A DNA stretch of 64,000 bases from a virus (taxonomy: Duplodnaviria > Heunggongvirae > Uroviricota > Caudoviricetes). Positions 38,313 to 49,404 of the stretch are shown one piece after another. Position 1 is the stretch's first letter. Every line of letters starts with the position of its first letter. Position numbers and translations under genes: made by a program. Under the pieces are notes generated by a model. It had not been told where the DNA came from. It searched no databases and saw nothing but the letters and a program-made list of their open reading frames with translations. The stretch is taken from IMG/VR virus record IMGVR_UViG_2706794662_000007, one strand, 5' to 3'.

Positions 38313-39455
38313 TCACAGGTCTGCAAACTGGCTTAGAGAAGCCTTGTCCACGGTAGAATCGATCTGACCTACCAGATATGTGCTTTGCTCTGCCTCTTGT
38401 GGTGCAATTTGCAGTGTGTCGGTTAACAACCACTTGTTCATCCAGACCAGCGGATCGGTGGTAACCTCTGGAAATAAAGCCTTCAGGCCAAGACGATTCA
38501 TAGCCAGATTGGTGCGGTATTTTACATAGGTCTTCAAAATATCCGCGTTTAAACCAATCATCGAACCGTCTTTGAAGAGATACTCGGCCCAGTTCATTTC
38601 TTGTTCGGCGACTGATTTCATGGTGTCGTAAATGACGTTTTCTTCATCAGCAGCAATCTCTTTCCACAATAAACCTTCGCGACCGGTACGCATGAAGCGG
38701 ATCATGCGTTCAGTTCCTTCGCAATGCAGAGCTTCATCACGGGCAATAAAGCGCATAATTTTGGTGTTACCCTCAAGCAACTTCCGTTCGCCAAAGGCAA
38801 ACGTACATGCAAAACTTACATAGAAACGGATCGCCTCAAGCGCATTAATGGACACCAACGTGCGGAAAAGCTGACGGTGCAAAGGATATGGCTCCCAGCC
38901 ATATTCATTTACGTACAGACGCTCAAATTCCTTCTCGCCTAACGACTGGCGCTCGCAGGTCATCCCATAAAGCCTGTCATATTCAGCAGAGATACTGATC
39001 GCTCGGTTGATGATTTCTTCATCCGTAACAATACCGTCAAAAACAATGCTCGGATCGTCCACCATGCCACGAATAATGTGGGTGTAGCTGCGGCTATGGA
39101 TAGTCTCAGAGAAAGACCATGTTTCAACCCACGTTTCCAGTTCAGGAATAGAGATAAGCGGCAGCAGCGTTGCATTTGGGCTACGTCCCTGAACTGAATC
39201 GAGTAACGTTTGATAACGGAGATTGCTCAGAAAAATGTGACGTTCGTGGTCCCGCAGCTTCGTGTTGAAGTCGATACGATCGCTCGAAATATCAACTTCT
39301 TCCGGCCGCCAGAAGAAAGACAATTGACGTTCAATCAACTTTTCAAAATCACGGTATTTTTGCTGATCGTAACGTGCCACGTTGACAGATTGTCCGAGGA
39401 ACATAGGCTCTTTGGTTGCATCATTAGCACCCAAACGGAACGTTGAATATGACAT
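38313..39455 (-). CDS. nrdB: ribonucleotide reductase class Ia beta subunit
   Basis: Near-colinear with E. coli NrdB as I recall it ([38 protein letters not shown]-terminal YLVGQIDS...); start set to MSYSTFRLG. Confidence 0.95.
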   Translation of the reverse strand: MSYSTFRLGANDATKEPMFLGQSVNVARYDQQKYRDFEKLIERQLSFFWRPEEVDISSDRIDFNTKLRDHERHIFLSNLRYQTLLDSVQGRSPNATLLPLISIPELETWVETWSFSETIHSRSYTHIIRGMVDDPSIVFDGIVTDEEIINRAISISAEYDRLYGMTCERQSLGEKEFERLYVNEYGWEPYPLHRQLFRTLVSINALEAIRFYVSFACTFAFGERKLLEGNTKIMRFIARDEALHCEGTERMIRFMRTGREGLLWKEIAADEENVIYDTMKSVAEQEMNWAEYLFKDGSMIGLNADILKTYVKYRTNLAMNRLGLKALFPEVTTDPLVWMNKWLLTDTLQIAPQEAEQSTYLVGQIDSTVDKASLSQFADL

Positions 39456-39536
39456 GTGTTTTTCCTTTTGCTTTTTGATGTGTTTAAACAAGTTGTTATC
39501 CTATTTGTTTAAACAAGGCTTACAAATCAAAGAGAA

Positions 39537-39555
39537 GGTGGGGATACACCCCACC
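39537..39555 (-). terminator. terminator hairpin after nrdA
   Basis: ggtggggatacaccccacc followed by T-rich run on minus strand. Confidence 0.55.
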
Positions 39556-39560
39556 ATATG

Positions 39561-41876
39561 TCAGATTTTGCAGGCTCCGTCGCACTCATCTTCTGGCTCG
39601 ACGGCTACAGCTTGCGTCAGTGGATTCTGCGGTTCGTCGTCATCACGCTTTCCTGCCCCATCTCTGGTGTTGTGGTAGTAAAGCGTTTTAACTCCCATCT
39701 TGTAGGCGAGAAGCAAATCTGACAGTAGCGTCATCATTGGGACTTTATCGCCTTCAAAGCGAGAAGGGTCATAGTTGGTATTGGCCGAAATAGCCTGGTC
39801 AAAGAACTTCTGGATGATCGCCACCTTTGTCAGATAGCCGCGGTTGTCCGGCATATCCCACAGGTATTCATACTGTTCCTTCAGTTTTTCAATCTCAGGC
39901 ACGACCATCTTAACGATGCCGTCCTTAGAAGATTTCACCGACACCGGTCCACGAGGCGGTTCGATGCCGTTTGTGGAATTAGTGATCTGGCTGGAAGTCT
40001 CGCATGGCATTTGTGCCGTCAGTGTGGAGTTGCGAAGACCGTATTTTGCAATACGTTCACGCAGTTCTTCCCACGGCATCTTTAACTCAAAGTTGGTTTC
40101 GCCACTTTCGTCTAATGAAGAACGGTAATGGTCGATCGGCAACTGACCAATTGCGTACTTGGTCTGCTCAAACCAGTCACACTCACCTTTTGCTTCAGCA
40201 AGTTGGCAGCTGGCATCAAGAAGGTAATACTGGATAGCTTCGAACGTTTCATGCACCAGTTTATTACCAGCGGTATCAGAATAACGAATGCCATTCTTTG
40301 CCAGGTAATAAGCAAAGTTGGTTACACCGATCCCCAGGCTACGACGAGCTTTGGCAGGCACTTCGGCTGCCTCCATCGGATAGTCTTGATAATCCAGTAA
40401 CGAATCCAGTGCAGCAACGGCATAGAACGCCACCTCTTTAAGAGACTCCAGTGAACGGATGGCTCCGAGGTTAAAAGCGGATAAAGTGCATAGCGCGATC
40501 TCACCGTTCGGGTCGTCGGTAAATGCCAGTGGACGGGTAGGTAGGGTGATCTCCATACACAGGTTTGACTGGCGGACAGGTGCAAGAGCAGGAATGAAAG
40601 CGCCATGCTCATTAATATGATCGACGTTCGCAATATAAATTCGGCCCGTGGACGCTCGTTCCTGCATCAGAGATGAGAACAGCTCAATGGCAGGTACTGA
40701 CTTCTTGCGAATTGAATCATCGGCTTCGTATTTATGGTACAGCTTTTCAAACAGCTCCTGGTCTGTGAAGAAGGCTTCGTACATATCAGGCACATCATGC
40801 GGGCTGAACAGAGTGATGTTCTCGCTTCTGACGAGTCGACGGTACATTAGACGGTTACTCATGACGCCGTAATCAAGATGGCGAACGCGGTTTTCATCAA
40901 TACCACGGTTATTTTTCACCACCAGCAGACTTTCAACTTCAAGATGCCAGATCGGGTAAAACGCTGTTGCTGCGCCACCACGAACACCACCTTGCGAACA
41001 AGATTTAACAGCCGTCTGGAAATGCTTCAGGAATGGAATAACTCCGGTATGGGTGGCTTCACCATTGCGGATCTCGCTGCCCAGCGCACGGATACGGCCA
41101 AAACCAATACCAATTCCAGCACGACGTGAAACGTAGTCGATAATTGCGGCTGAAGCTGCACTAATCCCTTTCAGACTATCGCCAGACTCAATCAGCACAC
41201 AACTGGAGAACTGACGGGTTGGAGTACGGACGCCGGCCATGATTGGTGTGGGCAGAGACAGTTTGAACGTACTTGTAACGTCATAGAAACCTTTGACCAT
41301 CTCCATACGTGTTTTGCCAGCGCAGTCGTCTTCCCAATTCTGGAACAGACACATGCCTACCAGCATATAGATATGTTGCGGCCCCTCATGAATCTCACCA
41401 GTAACACGGTTTTGAACGAGGTATTTGCTTTGCAACTGCACCGTAGCTGCATAGCCAAAAAGATCGTCACGTTTCGGCTTAATGTAATTACCGAGTTCTT
41501 CGATCTCTTCAAACGAATAATGTGTCAGCAAATCCTTGTCATAAACGCCCTTGTTAACGTTCTTGACAATGTGTTGGTAGAAGTTCGGATAGTCGTAACG
41601 ACCGAAGGCATCTTTGCGGATTTTAAAAATGTTCAGGCGGGCAGCCACCTGTGAGTAATTTGGTGCTTCTGGTGAGATCAAATCAGCGGCAGATTTAACC
41701 AAAGCCTCATGCAACTGGCTGGTGGTCATCCCATCAAAAATGCTGGCCGCAGCTCCCATTGCTACAGCGGATGCGCTTACACCACGAATGCCTTCTACGC
41801 CATACATTACGACGCGGTTGTATTTTTCTTCGGATAACGGCTCTGTTTGGCCGTTACGTTTTACGATGCTTATCAT
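39561..41876 (-). CDS. nrdA: ribonucleotide reductase class Ia alpha subunit
   Basis: 771 aa; SLPTPIMAGVRTPTRQFSSCVLIE, NLCMEI, C-terminal ...TLYYHNTRDGA...DECDGACKI with CxxC tail. Confidence 0.95.
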   Translation of the reverse strand: MISIVKRNGQTEPLSEEKYNRVVMYGVEGIRGVSASAVAMGAAASIFDGMTTSQLHEALVKSAADLISPEAPNYSQVAARLNIFKIRKDAFGRYDYPNFYQHIVKNVNKGVYDKDLLTHYSFEEIEELGNYIKPKRDDLFGYAATVQLQSKYLVQNRVTGEIHEGPQHIYMLVGMCLFQNWEDDCAGKTRMEMVKGFYDVTSTFKLSLPTPIMAGVRTPTRQFSSCVLIESGDSLKGISAASAAIIDYVSRRAGIGIGFGRIRALGSEIRNGEATHTGVIPFLKHFQTAVKSCSQGGVRGGAATAFYPIWHLEVESLLVVKNNRGIDENRVRHLDYGVMSNRLMYRRLVRSENITLFSPHDVPDMYEAFFTDQELFEKLYHKYEADDSIRKKSVPAIELFSSLMQERASTGRIYIANVDHINEHGAFIPALAPVRQSNLCMEITLPTRPLAFTDDPNGEIALCTLSAFNLGAIRSLESLKEVAFYAVAALDSLLDYQDYPMEAAEVPAKARRSLGIGVTNFAYYLAKNGIRYSDTAGNKLVHETFEAIQYYLLDASCQLAEAKGECDWFEQTKYAIGQLPIDHYRSSLDESGETNFELKMPWEELRERIAKYGLRNSTLTAQMPCETSSQITNSTNGIEPPRGPVSVKSSKDGIVKMVVPEIEKLKEQYEYLWDMPDNRGYLTKVAIIQKFFDQAISANTNYDPSRFEGDKVPMMTLLSDLLLAYKMGVKTLYYHNTRDGAGKRDDDEPQNPLTQAVAVEPEDECDGACKI

Positions 41877-41894
41877 GTATCACCAAATAAAGAG

Positions 41895-41916
41895 GGCCAC
41901 TAAATATAGTGGCCCA
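41895..41916 (-). terminator. terminator hairpin
   Basis: gggccactatatttagtggccc followed by T-rich run on minus strand. Confidence 0.5.
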
Positions 41917-41949
41917 TGTTAATAGATAAGCACTTACCTATCAATGAAA

Positions 41950-42519
41950 TCAAATGAGAGACTTAAGAACATCGCGCACCTGGCGGAACTGATCTGTTTG
42001 CATACCGGTATGGATGGCAGCCACCGCATCAGCCAAATGTTCGTTTTTGTTCACGAGAACATCCTGTCCAGATTGCTTACGACGCAGCCACGGTGCTTTA
42101 GAGTGTTTTTTCGTAGCCCACTGGATAATCTCTTCTTTCGATGTAGTAAGTTTATTGCCGACAAAATGCTTGATTTCGTTTGGAGTAACCTGGATCAATG
42201 GCTTATCCACACACGCAAGTACACCGATACAAATACCGTAAGACGTCTGCGAACGAGAGTTTTGGCTCCCAACCGGTAGCTCACAAAAAACCATATTTGC
42301 CTTATCAATGATTGGCTTCGCAACACGCCATATTTCACTGGCTCGGCGCAGATCGTCACTGTTCACACGAACGGTCTTTTTGTTACTCCCCGCTTTAGTC
42401 TCAACAAGAGTAAGGTCGTGAATCTCAAGTTCGTCCGTTTCAAGGTCTAAAGTGCCCACAGCAAGCCCAAAGTTGCTCATTGAGGGATCAACACCAACTA
42501 CGCTGATTTTTTTACTCAT
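41950..42519 (-). CDS. RuvC-like Holliday junction resolvase
   Basis: VVGVDPSMSNFG (catalytic D), CELPVG (E), EHLADAVAAIH (H/D) spacing typical of the RuvC fold. Confidence 0.65.
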   Translation of the reverse strand: MSKKISVVGVDPSMSNFGLAVGTLDLETDELEIHDLTLVETKAGSNKKTVRVNSDDLRRASEIWRVAKPIIDKANMVFCELPVGSQNSRSQTSYGICIGVLACVDKPLIQVTPNEIKHFVGNKLTTSKEEIIQWATKKHSKAPWLRRKQSGQDVLVNKNEHLADAVAAIHTGMQTDQFRQVRDVLKSLI

Positions 42520-42528
42520 ATAGTCTCC

Positions 42529-43272
42529 TTACCATGTTCCCCATATAGGGTTTTCCAATAATCTCGCCTCCAACGAATTGGTTACTATTGCCGTTTGCAA
42601 CGTTGGTTGGGGAGAGTTTGCAAAGTCTGAATACTCATTTTCCTGCGTGACACGTTTATCTACGGCATGTTTAACGCCACTTGCTATGAAATGACGCATG
42701 ATGCCCAACAGCCTCCGACTGTCTGCACTATCGTTTGCTAAAACATGCGGGAGCTGAAGTTCGATTTCTACCATTTCTCCATACTTACCAACAAACTGTA
42801 GTTTGTCCGCACTGTACTTTTTATCCCTCCTTTGGATAAGGAAACCAGTAAAAGCATCACCTGGCGATGCCAAACTATCCACCCGCTTATTGGCAAGTCG
42901 AATAAGGTTGGTGAAAGCCATACAGTGATGCGCACCCATTCCCCCAAAGAACCCTTCGCTATTAATGTTAAGATCTTCATTTTCATGGGATGCAATAAAC
43001 CCAGGCCCGACGTTGGGAAGATATCCCCCCTCAACAAAAGGATTAATCAGGATCGGCGCAATACATCCAGGTGGTAGTGATTTCAAACTTTGCATCAATG
43101 GCGTCTCGGATATTAGACCAAGCAACGCGGCAAATTGTACTCCGTCAATATTGTTGCTGCCCCACAGAATACGTGGAGCCGCACCATTGGAAGTATGCCC
43201 ATTGATCAGTTTTATCGACTGCATCACTGCAAATACCTGCAAAAACTGCGAGCGGCTTAATTTAAACGACAT
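42529..43272 (-). CDS. hypothetical protein
   Basis: 247 aa ORF. Confidence 0.5.
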   Translation of the reverse strand: MSFKLSRSQFLQVFAVMQSIKLINGHTSNGAAPRILWGSNNIDGVQFAALLGLISETPLMQSLKSLPPGCIAPILINPFVEGGYLPNVGPGFIASHENEDLNINSEGFFGGMGAHHCMAFTNLIRLANKRVDSLASPGDAFTGFLIQRRDKKYSADKLQFVGKYGEMVEIELQLPHVLANDSADSRRLLGIMRHFIASGVKHAVDKRVTQENEYSDFANSPQPTLQTAIVTNSLEARLLENPIWGTW

Positions 43273-45195
43273 AGCTGCGCCCCTCTTTAACTTCCAGCGT
43301 AATAGTTTCCCGGAACCATGACTTCATCTCTTTATGGGAGATAATCAGCACAGTACCTCGCTCGCGAGCTTTGGACTCCAGAATACCCATGAGGCGTTCA
43401 AGACCGGCTGTATCGAGTGCATCGTCAATTTCGTCGCCGATAAACAAATCGATGTTTTTACTCGCCCGGTTACTAACCAGATCCTGCAATGCCAAAGAAC
43501 ACGCAATGCGAACCTTCCGCTTCTCACCACCAGAGAGGGTCTGGAACGACTTACTTGAACCTTTCTTCTGCACACTAATGTTGAATTTGTCGCGATACTC
43601 ACCTTTTTTGGTGACATCCATCGTCGACCACTCAGCAGTAATATTCCCGTCAGACAACGTATTGAGATACTCGGCAGTGCGTGTATTCAGGAAAGGCGTA
43701 ACAGACGTCAAAATATGAGAACGCACCCCGGCAGGAGAGTAGACCTGACGAGCTTTTTCCAATAGCAACGTTTGTTCCTGAATAGCCTTCAACTCATCTT
43801 TTAAGGACTTGAAGGTAGACTTACTGGATACCAGGTTATCTTCGTGTCTGGCGATAAGAGCAATAAACGGATTAATCTCTTTTGATATACGATCGACCTC
43901 AGTACGAGCACGAGTCACAAGAGACTCAATAGCAACAATCTCCTTCTCACGATGACGCAAAGATGAGAGTTGTTTCGTAAGCTCTTCAATCCGGGCAATG
44001 ATAGCCGTTACATCAGGTGTCGTTTTAACAAGGGCAGACTCAATGCTTAACGCTTTCTCAAGATTCGTTTTGTGTTTAGCCATTGCCTCTGCAAGTGTCT
44101 TCGCCTGACCAATTTCCTGACGTGCTTGTTCAATGAAATTCTCCTTCACCGTTGATAGATCTTCTTCGCAGTAGGCTTTGCCACAAGTAGGGCATGGTGA
44201 TCCCACTTTAGTACCAACCTCTTCTGCTTTGGTCTTAAAATTACGCGCGCGGTTCATTGCATCAGCCTGACTATTTTCTGTAGCTTTGATGCTTGCCCGA
44301 ATATCAGTTATCGCACCACGAACNNNNNNNNNNNNNNNNNNNNNNNNNNNNNNNNNNNNNNNNNNNNNNNNNNNNNNNNNNNNNNNNNNNNNNNNNNNNN
44401 NNNNNNNNNNNNNNNNNNNNNNNNNNNNNNNNNNNNNNNNNNNNNNNNNNNNNNNNNNNNNNNNNNNNNNNNNNNNNNNNNNNNNNNNNNNNNNNNNNNN
44501 NNNNNNNNNNNNNNNNNNNNNNNNNNNNNNNNNNNNNNNNNNNNNNNNNNNNNNNNNNNNNNNNNNNNNNNNNNNNNNNNNNNNNNGATTGTCGACTCCA
44601 ATTTGGTTTTAACCACATCCATACGTGCGGCAGCTGCATTAGCTCGCTCACGAGCAATAGCGTAGGCGCGTGTCAGTCTGTCAACGCCAGCGGCTTCTTC
44701 TACGATGGTTTTGAGGTTTTTGTCGGACATTCCAGGTAAATCTGGCATAGCTTCTTGGCTCGCATAGATGGAAGCCATGAAAACCTCTTTAGATGCACCG
44801 ATCAGACGCTCGACGAACTCTTGCGTCAGCGCATCTTTGCCTTTCGTCATATCGCCGTCTTCACCACGAACGATAAGCCGATTTTTGAACTCTTTGTGTT
44901 TACGGTGACGAATGATCGCATATCTCTTGCCTTCATCCTCGATGGTTACTGCAACACGACAGTTCTTTTCATGGTCGGTAGACAACACATCGTCACCCTT
45001 CACACCATGAGCTGTTTCGCCATAAAGACACCACATCAGGCTATTCATTAGCGTTGACTTTCCAGAGCCATTACTTGATGCGGAACTATCATCACTATTA
45101 ACACCCTGAATGAGCACTAAACCACGCTGATCTAACTCGACCTCCGCGCTGGCGATAGCCATAAAATTCTCAACCTGGAGCTTTAAAAACTTCAT
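43262..45195 (-). CDS. SbcC/Rad50-like ATPase (gp46-like), interrupted by N-run 44324-44586
   Basis: N-terminal Walker A GSNGSGKST; C-terminal signature LSGGEKRK and Walker B LFIGDEID; coiled-coil middle. Confidence 0.8.
44324..44586. other. N-run
   Basis: 263 n. Confidence 1.
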
Positions 45196-45424
45196 ATAAC
45201 ACCTTTGATACCGTGTGTTAGCTTTTGACCTTCTTTCAATCTGAACTCCGTATGCGCCGGGAAGGATCTGCGCCTCAATACGCCTTTTCTGGTTAACCTT
45301 CCAAGATAAAACGCTACGGGATTTCCTTGTGGCGGGTAGGGCTTGTGAAACATCACCGTCTGGCCTCGTTCAAGTCTTTTCATCGTGATGGCAAAGTCTC
45401 GAAAGCTCCCATAACGACTTTGTC

Positions 45425-46510
45425 TCACACAGCCTCCGAACTCTCCGCTTCGGTGAGGATTTCCTGACACAAAATATCCAACTTGCTCAGATCAAATCCG
45501 CCGTCAGTATCGTGGACAATCTTGCAATAAGCAGATACCGACTCTCCCAGGCTATCGATTTTGCTGGTTTCAGTTGTGCTGGCTGTCCCTTCCATCATTG
45601 ATGACTTACGGATGAAGTTGCACACGACACCTTTTGCGCCCATTGTTTTGAGGATGTTCTGGTACTTAATGCCTTCTTCATCGTTCTCAATTACGGCGCG
45701 GAAACGCACGTAGTTGCCGCGAATTTGGTCATCAGCAACATCATCTTCCAGGTTAATGAATTTAGGCGCACTGGTTTCGTAGTGACTGAAACTGCCGTCC
45801 GGGTTTACGATCATGTAACCAGCCAGAGATCCAACATCTCCCCAATTTTGATGGGTCAGTGCACCGACACTGATAACTCCAGGAATGACCTCTTTGTGGT
45901 TGTGGTAATGCCCACTAAGCACGAGACGAAAGCCGATATCCTTTAACTCCTGCGCATCGATACCGACGTCAGGCATTGTTGGAATGGCTTTGTTAATGGA
46001 TGTATGGATAACAACGTCATGATTATCACCTTCTACGCTCTTACGTAATGCTTTCAGATCGCTGATAAGCTCCGCATGATTGTTACGCCAGCTAATCAGG
46101 TGGACAGTCACATCACCAATTTTTATTGAGTGTGGGCGTTTGCCACATACGATTACCACGCCGATAGAACTCAGCGATGCTGCTGCGTTGGCGCTATATA
46201 CTGAATCGTTGGTTTCAAGATCGTGATTACCGGCCAGCATTACTACTGTCAGATCAAGCTCGTTGATAATCCACTTGTACGTTTCAGTTACGTAATGCAA
46301 AACAGAAGGGGACACAGTTCCTCGGACGTGAAATGTATCACCGGCAACCAACATGTACTTACAACCGGCCTTCTTCATGGCGATGGCTGCTTCTTTCGTT
46401 GCTTCCAACTGTATTTCAAGTCTGGAGTTAAGCCCCTCTGCGTTCGTCGTGGAGAACGCATCCCATTTGTGGTAGTGGCAGTCAGAAATGACGCCGTATG
46501 GCAAAGTCAT
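45425..46510 (-). CDS. SbcD/Mre11-like nuclease (gp47-like)
   Basis: Calcineurin-like phosphoesterase motifs DCHYH, GDTFH, GNHD, GHYH. Confidence 0.85.
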   Translation of the reverse strand: MTLPYGVISDCHYHKWDAFSTTNAEGLNSRLEIQLEATKEAAIAMKKAGCKYMLVAGDTFHVRGTVSPSVLHYVTETYKWIINELDLTVVMLAGNHDLETNDSVYSANAAASLSSIGVVIVCGKRPHSIKIGDVTVHLISWRNNHAELISDLKALRKSVEGDNHDVVIHTSINKAIPTMPDVGIDAQELKDIGFRLVLSGHYHNHKEVIPGVISVGALTHQNWGDVGSLAGYMIVNPDGSFSHYETSAPKFINLEDDVADDQIRGNYVRFRAVIENDEEGIKYQNILKTMGAKGVVCNFIRKSSMMEGTASTTETSKIDSLGESVSAYCKIVHDTDGGFDLSKLDILCQEILTEAESSEAV

Positions 46511-46764
46511 GTGTTTTTCCTTTGTGGTTATTTTGATACAAATTTTAAGAGCAATGAGAAGGTAAACAACTATGCATAACGGTATGTTAGGAATGAAACG
46601 AGCGTCTTAATATACAAAATTTATAAGTAAGTATATACCTATTTGTTGTGGCGCAACTTTGCTTGTCTGTATGACTAAAAATAAGACAGGATCACTGTAG
46701 AACGCTATGAGAGCTATTTTGAGGAGGCGTAGATTCTATCTACGCCAATATACGATCTGGAGGG

Positions 46765-47409
46765 TTACAGCGCGTCAGTGGGCTTTTTACGCGCTGCGTT
46801 TATGCTTATGACGCCAGCTTTTGGACGTGGGTCAACAAGGTTAAGCTCTTCTTCGCTGTGGTATTCGAGGTCGAACTCACGTTTTACATGTCTGATGTAG
46901 ATTGCGGTGAGCAGGCTATCTTTGGTCAGAAAGTGTCCGTAGGATTTGCGGATCACTTCTTCTACCTTCTCGATTTTCTCACCACCCATACAGAGATGAT
47001 TAAACCGGCTGTGTTTCCGCAACATTTCGTCTACTGGGCCTGAGTAAACCTTGTCTACTTTCCCAAAACGGATGATTTTTCCTGTGTCTGCGGATACGAG
47101 GCAAATCAGCTTGTCTGGTGATAAACGATCTCGCCACGTCACACCTGAACGGAGTGTGTTGAAGTAGGGGGCATCCAATCCGATGATCGGTTTACGAAAT
47201 GCGAGTAATGGAACGTACCTGATGCAACTGTTTAAATGAAAATTCACACCAGCCTTATCAAGTTTAATTCTGGTTTCGTAGATCGGGCACTTCGCCGCTA
47301 TACCGCAGATGTCACAAAGCAACTTCTGCTTATTCAGGTTGGAATTTGATTCGATAGTGTAGGAGCCGTCTTCAAGACGACGAACCCAGCGCGTGCGTTT
47401 TAGATCCAT
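46765..47409 (-). CDS. hypothetical protein (Cys-containing)
   Basis: 214 aa ORF. Confidence 0.5.
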   Translation of the reverse strand: MDLKRTRWVRRLEDGSYTIESNSNLNKQKLLCDICGIAAKCPIYETRIKLDKAGVNFHLNSCIRYVPLLAFRKPIIGLDAPYFNTLRSGVTWRDRLSPDKLICLVSADTGKIIRFGKVDKVYSGPVDEMLRKHSRFNHLCMGGEKIEKVEEVIRKSYGHFLTKDSLLTAIYIRHVKREFDLEYHSEEELNLVDPRPKAGVISINAARKKPTDAL

Positions 47410-47495
47410 ATGTCATTTTTCTGTGATTGTTAGCCGAGGCAACGATAACCCACCAGGTGCGCCGAAGGTAGTAAATGCCTGTTTTAATTATTCAC

Positions 47496-47570
47496 ATATC
47501 CACAGGATAGATCCTAATAAAGAGATCCATAGATAGATCCTTATATAGATCAAATAAGATCCCCGATCGC
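47496..47570. promoter_or_regulatory. origin elements: DnaA-box-like site plus cluster of GATC-containing heptamers
   Basis: atatccaca (8/9 match to TTATCCACA) followed by five AGATCC/AGATCA repeats and cgatcg, immediately upstream of the iterons. Confidence 0.6.
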
Positions 47571-47608
47571 TGTAAGCCGCGCCACGACTGGTCTGAAGTC
47601 ATGTTCAT

Positions 47609-47710
47609 GTATGCTGTCAGCGGTAATTGATAGTCTGTCAGCGGTTCACCGTATGCTGCCAACTGTTTTTGGTATTCTGTCAGCGGCAAATCAAGTATGC
47701 TGTCAGCGGT
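47609..47710 (+). repeat. five upstream iterons, consensus (g)tatgctgtcagcggt
   Basis: Copies at about 47609, 47632, 47651, 47674, 47695, ending 21 nt before the repA ATG. Confidence 0.85.
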
Positions 47711-47730
47711 TGAATGACAAAGGTGTCCAC

Positions 47731-48825
47731 ATGTCCACAAAAAATAAAAAAGGTAAAAATAACAAAGAAGTAGAAGATAACATCGACAACTTTGAAGAAG
47801 GTTCCCTTGAATTGTACACAGGGGAACTTGTCCCTAATAGCAACAATACAGTCCAACCAATTGCGTTGATGCGACTGGGGTTGTTCGTCCCCACGCTTAA
47901 GGGAACAAAATACAGTAAACGTAACAAGCCAAATGAGATCGATGCTTCAAAGGAGCTTGTCCAGCTCGAAGTAGCCCGTTCTGAAGGCTATTCCGATATC
48001 AAGATAACCGGTCCTCGTCTCGACATGGATCATGATTTCAAAACGTGGGTGGGCGTTGTGCGTTCGCTGGCAGAATACGGCGAACCTAACGGTCGTGTCG
48101 AGTTAAGCATCACGAAATTTGCTAAGTTTTGTGGCTATCCATCGTCACAGATCCGCAAAACACTCCGCGACCGGCTTACAAACAGTCTTTTGAAGATCAT
48201 GCGTACAACTCTGTCTTTCCAGAGAACGTATGAAGAAAAGAACGTCGACGGCTCTAACAAGATCTCGCTTCTGATGGTGCACCTCATCAATAGCGTGGAC
48301 TACAACGAGCAGAAAGATACGGTGGTGTTCTATGCAGAACCGAAGCTGGCCGAACTATATCGCTTTGACCATAAGGTTCTTTTGCAGTTAAAGGTTATCA
48401 ATAAGCTACCACGCAAAGAAACAGCACAGGCTCTGTACACCTTCATCGAAAGTCTTCCAACCAAGCCTGCGCCGGTATCGCTTGCTCGATTGCGTGCGCG
48501 ACTCAATTTGAGTAGCAGGAATGTCAGCTCGCAGAATCAGACTATACGTAACGGCTTAAAAGCTCTCCAAGATTTGGGCTATCTCGAATACAGCGAGATT
48601 AAGCGTGGGCGGTCGATCTATATCCAGATTCACAGCCGCAATCCAAAACTCAAAGTCGCACCGCCAAAACCTGAAGACATCGAACCCAAAAAACCAGATG
48701 AGAAAGCTGGGGAAATTGATGCCAAACAGAACATTATCAACAAGATAACCGAACTTTCGCAGAATTTGACGCCTGAAAATATCAAGATGATTGAGATCCT
48801 TTCCAATAGTCTCAAACTGCTTTGA
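47731..48825 (+). CDS. repA: iteron-binding replication initiator RepA (P1-type)
   Basis: NSNNTVQPIALMRLGLFVP...GYSDIKITGPRLDMDHDFKTW...ALYTFIESLP...IHSRNPKLK resembles P1-family RepA as I recall it; start set to MSTKNKK (M41 of track ORF). Confidence 0.85.
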   Translation: MSTKNKKGKNNKEVEDNIDNFEEGSLELYTGELVPNSNNTVQPIALMRLGLFVPTLKGTKYSKRNKPNEIDASKELVQLEVARSEGYSDIKITGPRLDMDHDFKTWVGVVRSLAEYGEPNGRVELSITKFAKFCGYPSSQIRKTLRDRLTNSLLKIMRTTLSFQRTYEEKNVDGSNKISLLMVHLINSVDYNEQKDTVVFYAEPKLAELYRFDHKVLLQLKVINKLPRKETAQALYTFIESLPTKPAPVSLARLRARLNLSSRNVSSQNQTIRNGLKALQDLGYLEYSEIKRGRSIYIQIHSRNPKLKVAPPKPEDIEPKKPDEKAGEIDAKQNIINKITELSQNLTPENIKMIEILSNSLKLL

Positions 48826-49357
48826 TATGCTGTCAGCGGTGAAATGTATGCTATCAGCGGCTATTTTTCTGAAAAGTATGCTGTGAACGGTTAAAGATAT
48901 GCTACCAGCGGTATAGTGAGATGAACGTATGCTGTGAGCGGTAAATCATCTATCACCACTCAATGCTCTGTCATACCTCCCCAGTGGTTACTAACCTCGA
49001 AGAGTGCATTCCATATAGGTTTGCGCTCACTAACATTCTATTGCTATTGCGCTGATTGCTTGTAGTGAAAGGCATTTATTGCCTGCTACTCCCTGATAGA
49101 ACGTATGCTGTCAGCGGTGTTTTATTGAGGAATTTTTGTTTGGATATGCTATCAGCGGTAATTAATGGCATATGTCAGACATTCGTATGCTGCCAGCGGT
49201 AATTTTGTTCTGGTTATACCCATACCGGTACACATTATTCATGCAATGTCTTAAGTATGCTGTCAGCGGTAAAAAATCGAGTAAAGTATGCTGTGAGCGG
49301 TGAGATAGACTCTCGATATGCTATCAGCGGTAGTTGATTGTGTATGCTGTCAGCGGT
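48824..49357 (+). repeat. downstream iteron array (12 copies in two groups)
   Basis: tatgctNNcagcggt copies at about 48824, 48846, 48876, 48896, 48926, then 49103, 49143, 49184, 49254, 49285, 49315, 49341; all same orientation. Confidence 0.85.
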
Positions 49358-49404
49358 GACGACTATGAAATATGACTGCGGAACGTGCCGCAGTCAGTTT
49401 GCAT

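Noticed and set aside
45384-45470. Track ORF 45192-45470 taken at full length (92 aa)
   Set aside because: Its first codon is GTG inside the sbcD coding region in another frame; only the part from the internal ATG at 45383 is plausible, and even that is low confidence.
47492-47740. Minus-strand ORF of 82 aa overlapping the upstream iterons
   Set aside because: It lies entirely within the origin and iteron region and the repA promoter; no ribosome-binding site; likely spurious.
47609-49357. Regularly recurring 15-mer repeats considered as a possible CRISPR array
   Set aside because: The repeats are 15-17 bp with irregular spacing of 5-25 bp, flank a RepA initiator gene and follow a DnaA box and GATC cluster; this is the iteron architecture of a plasmid origin, not CRISPR (no repeats of 28-37 bp with uniform spacers, no cas genes).
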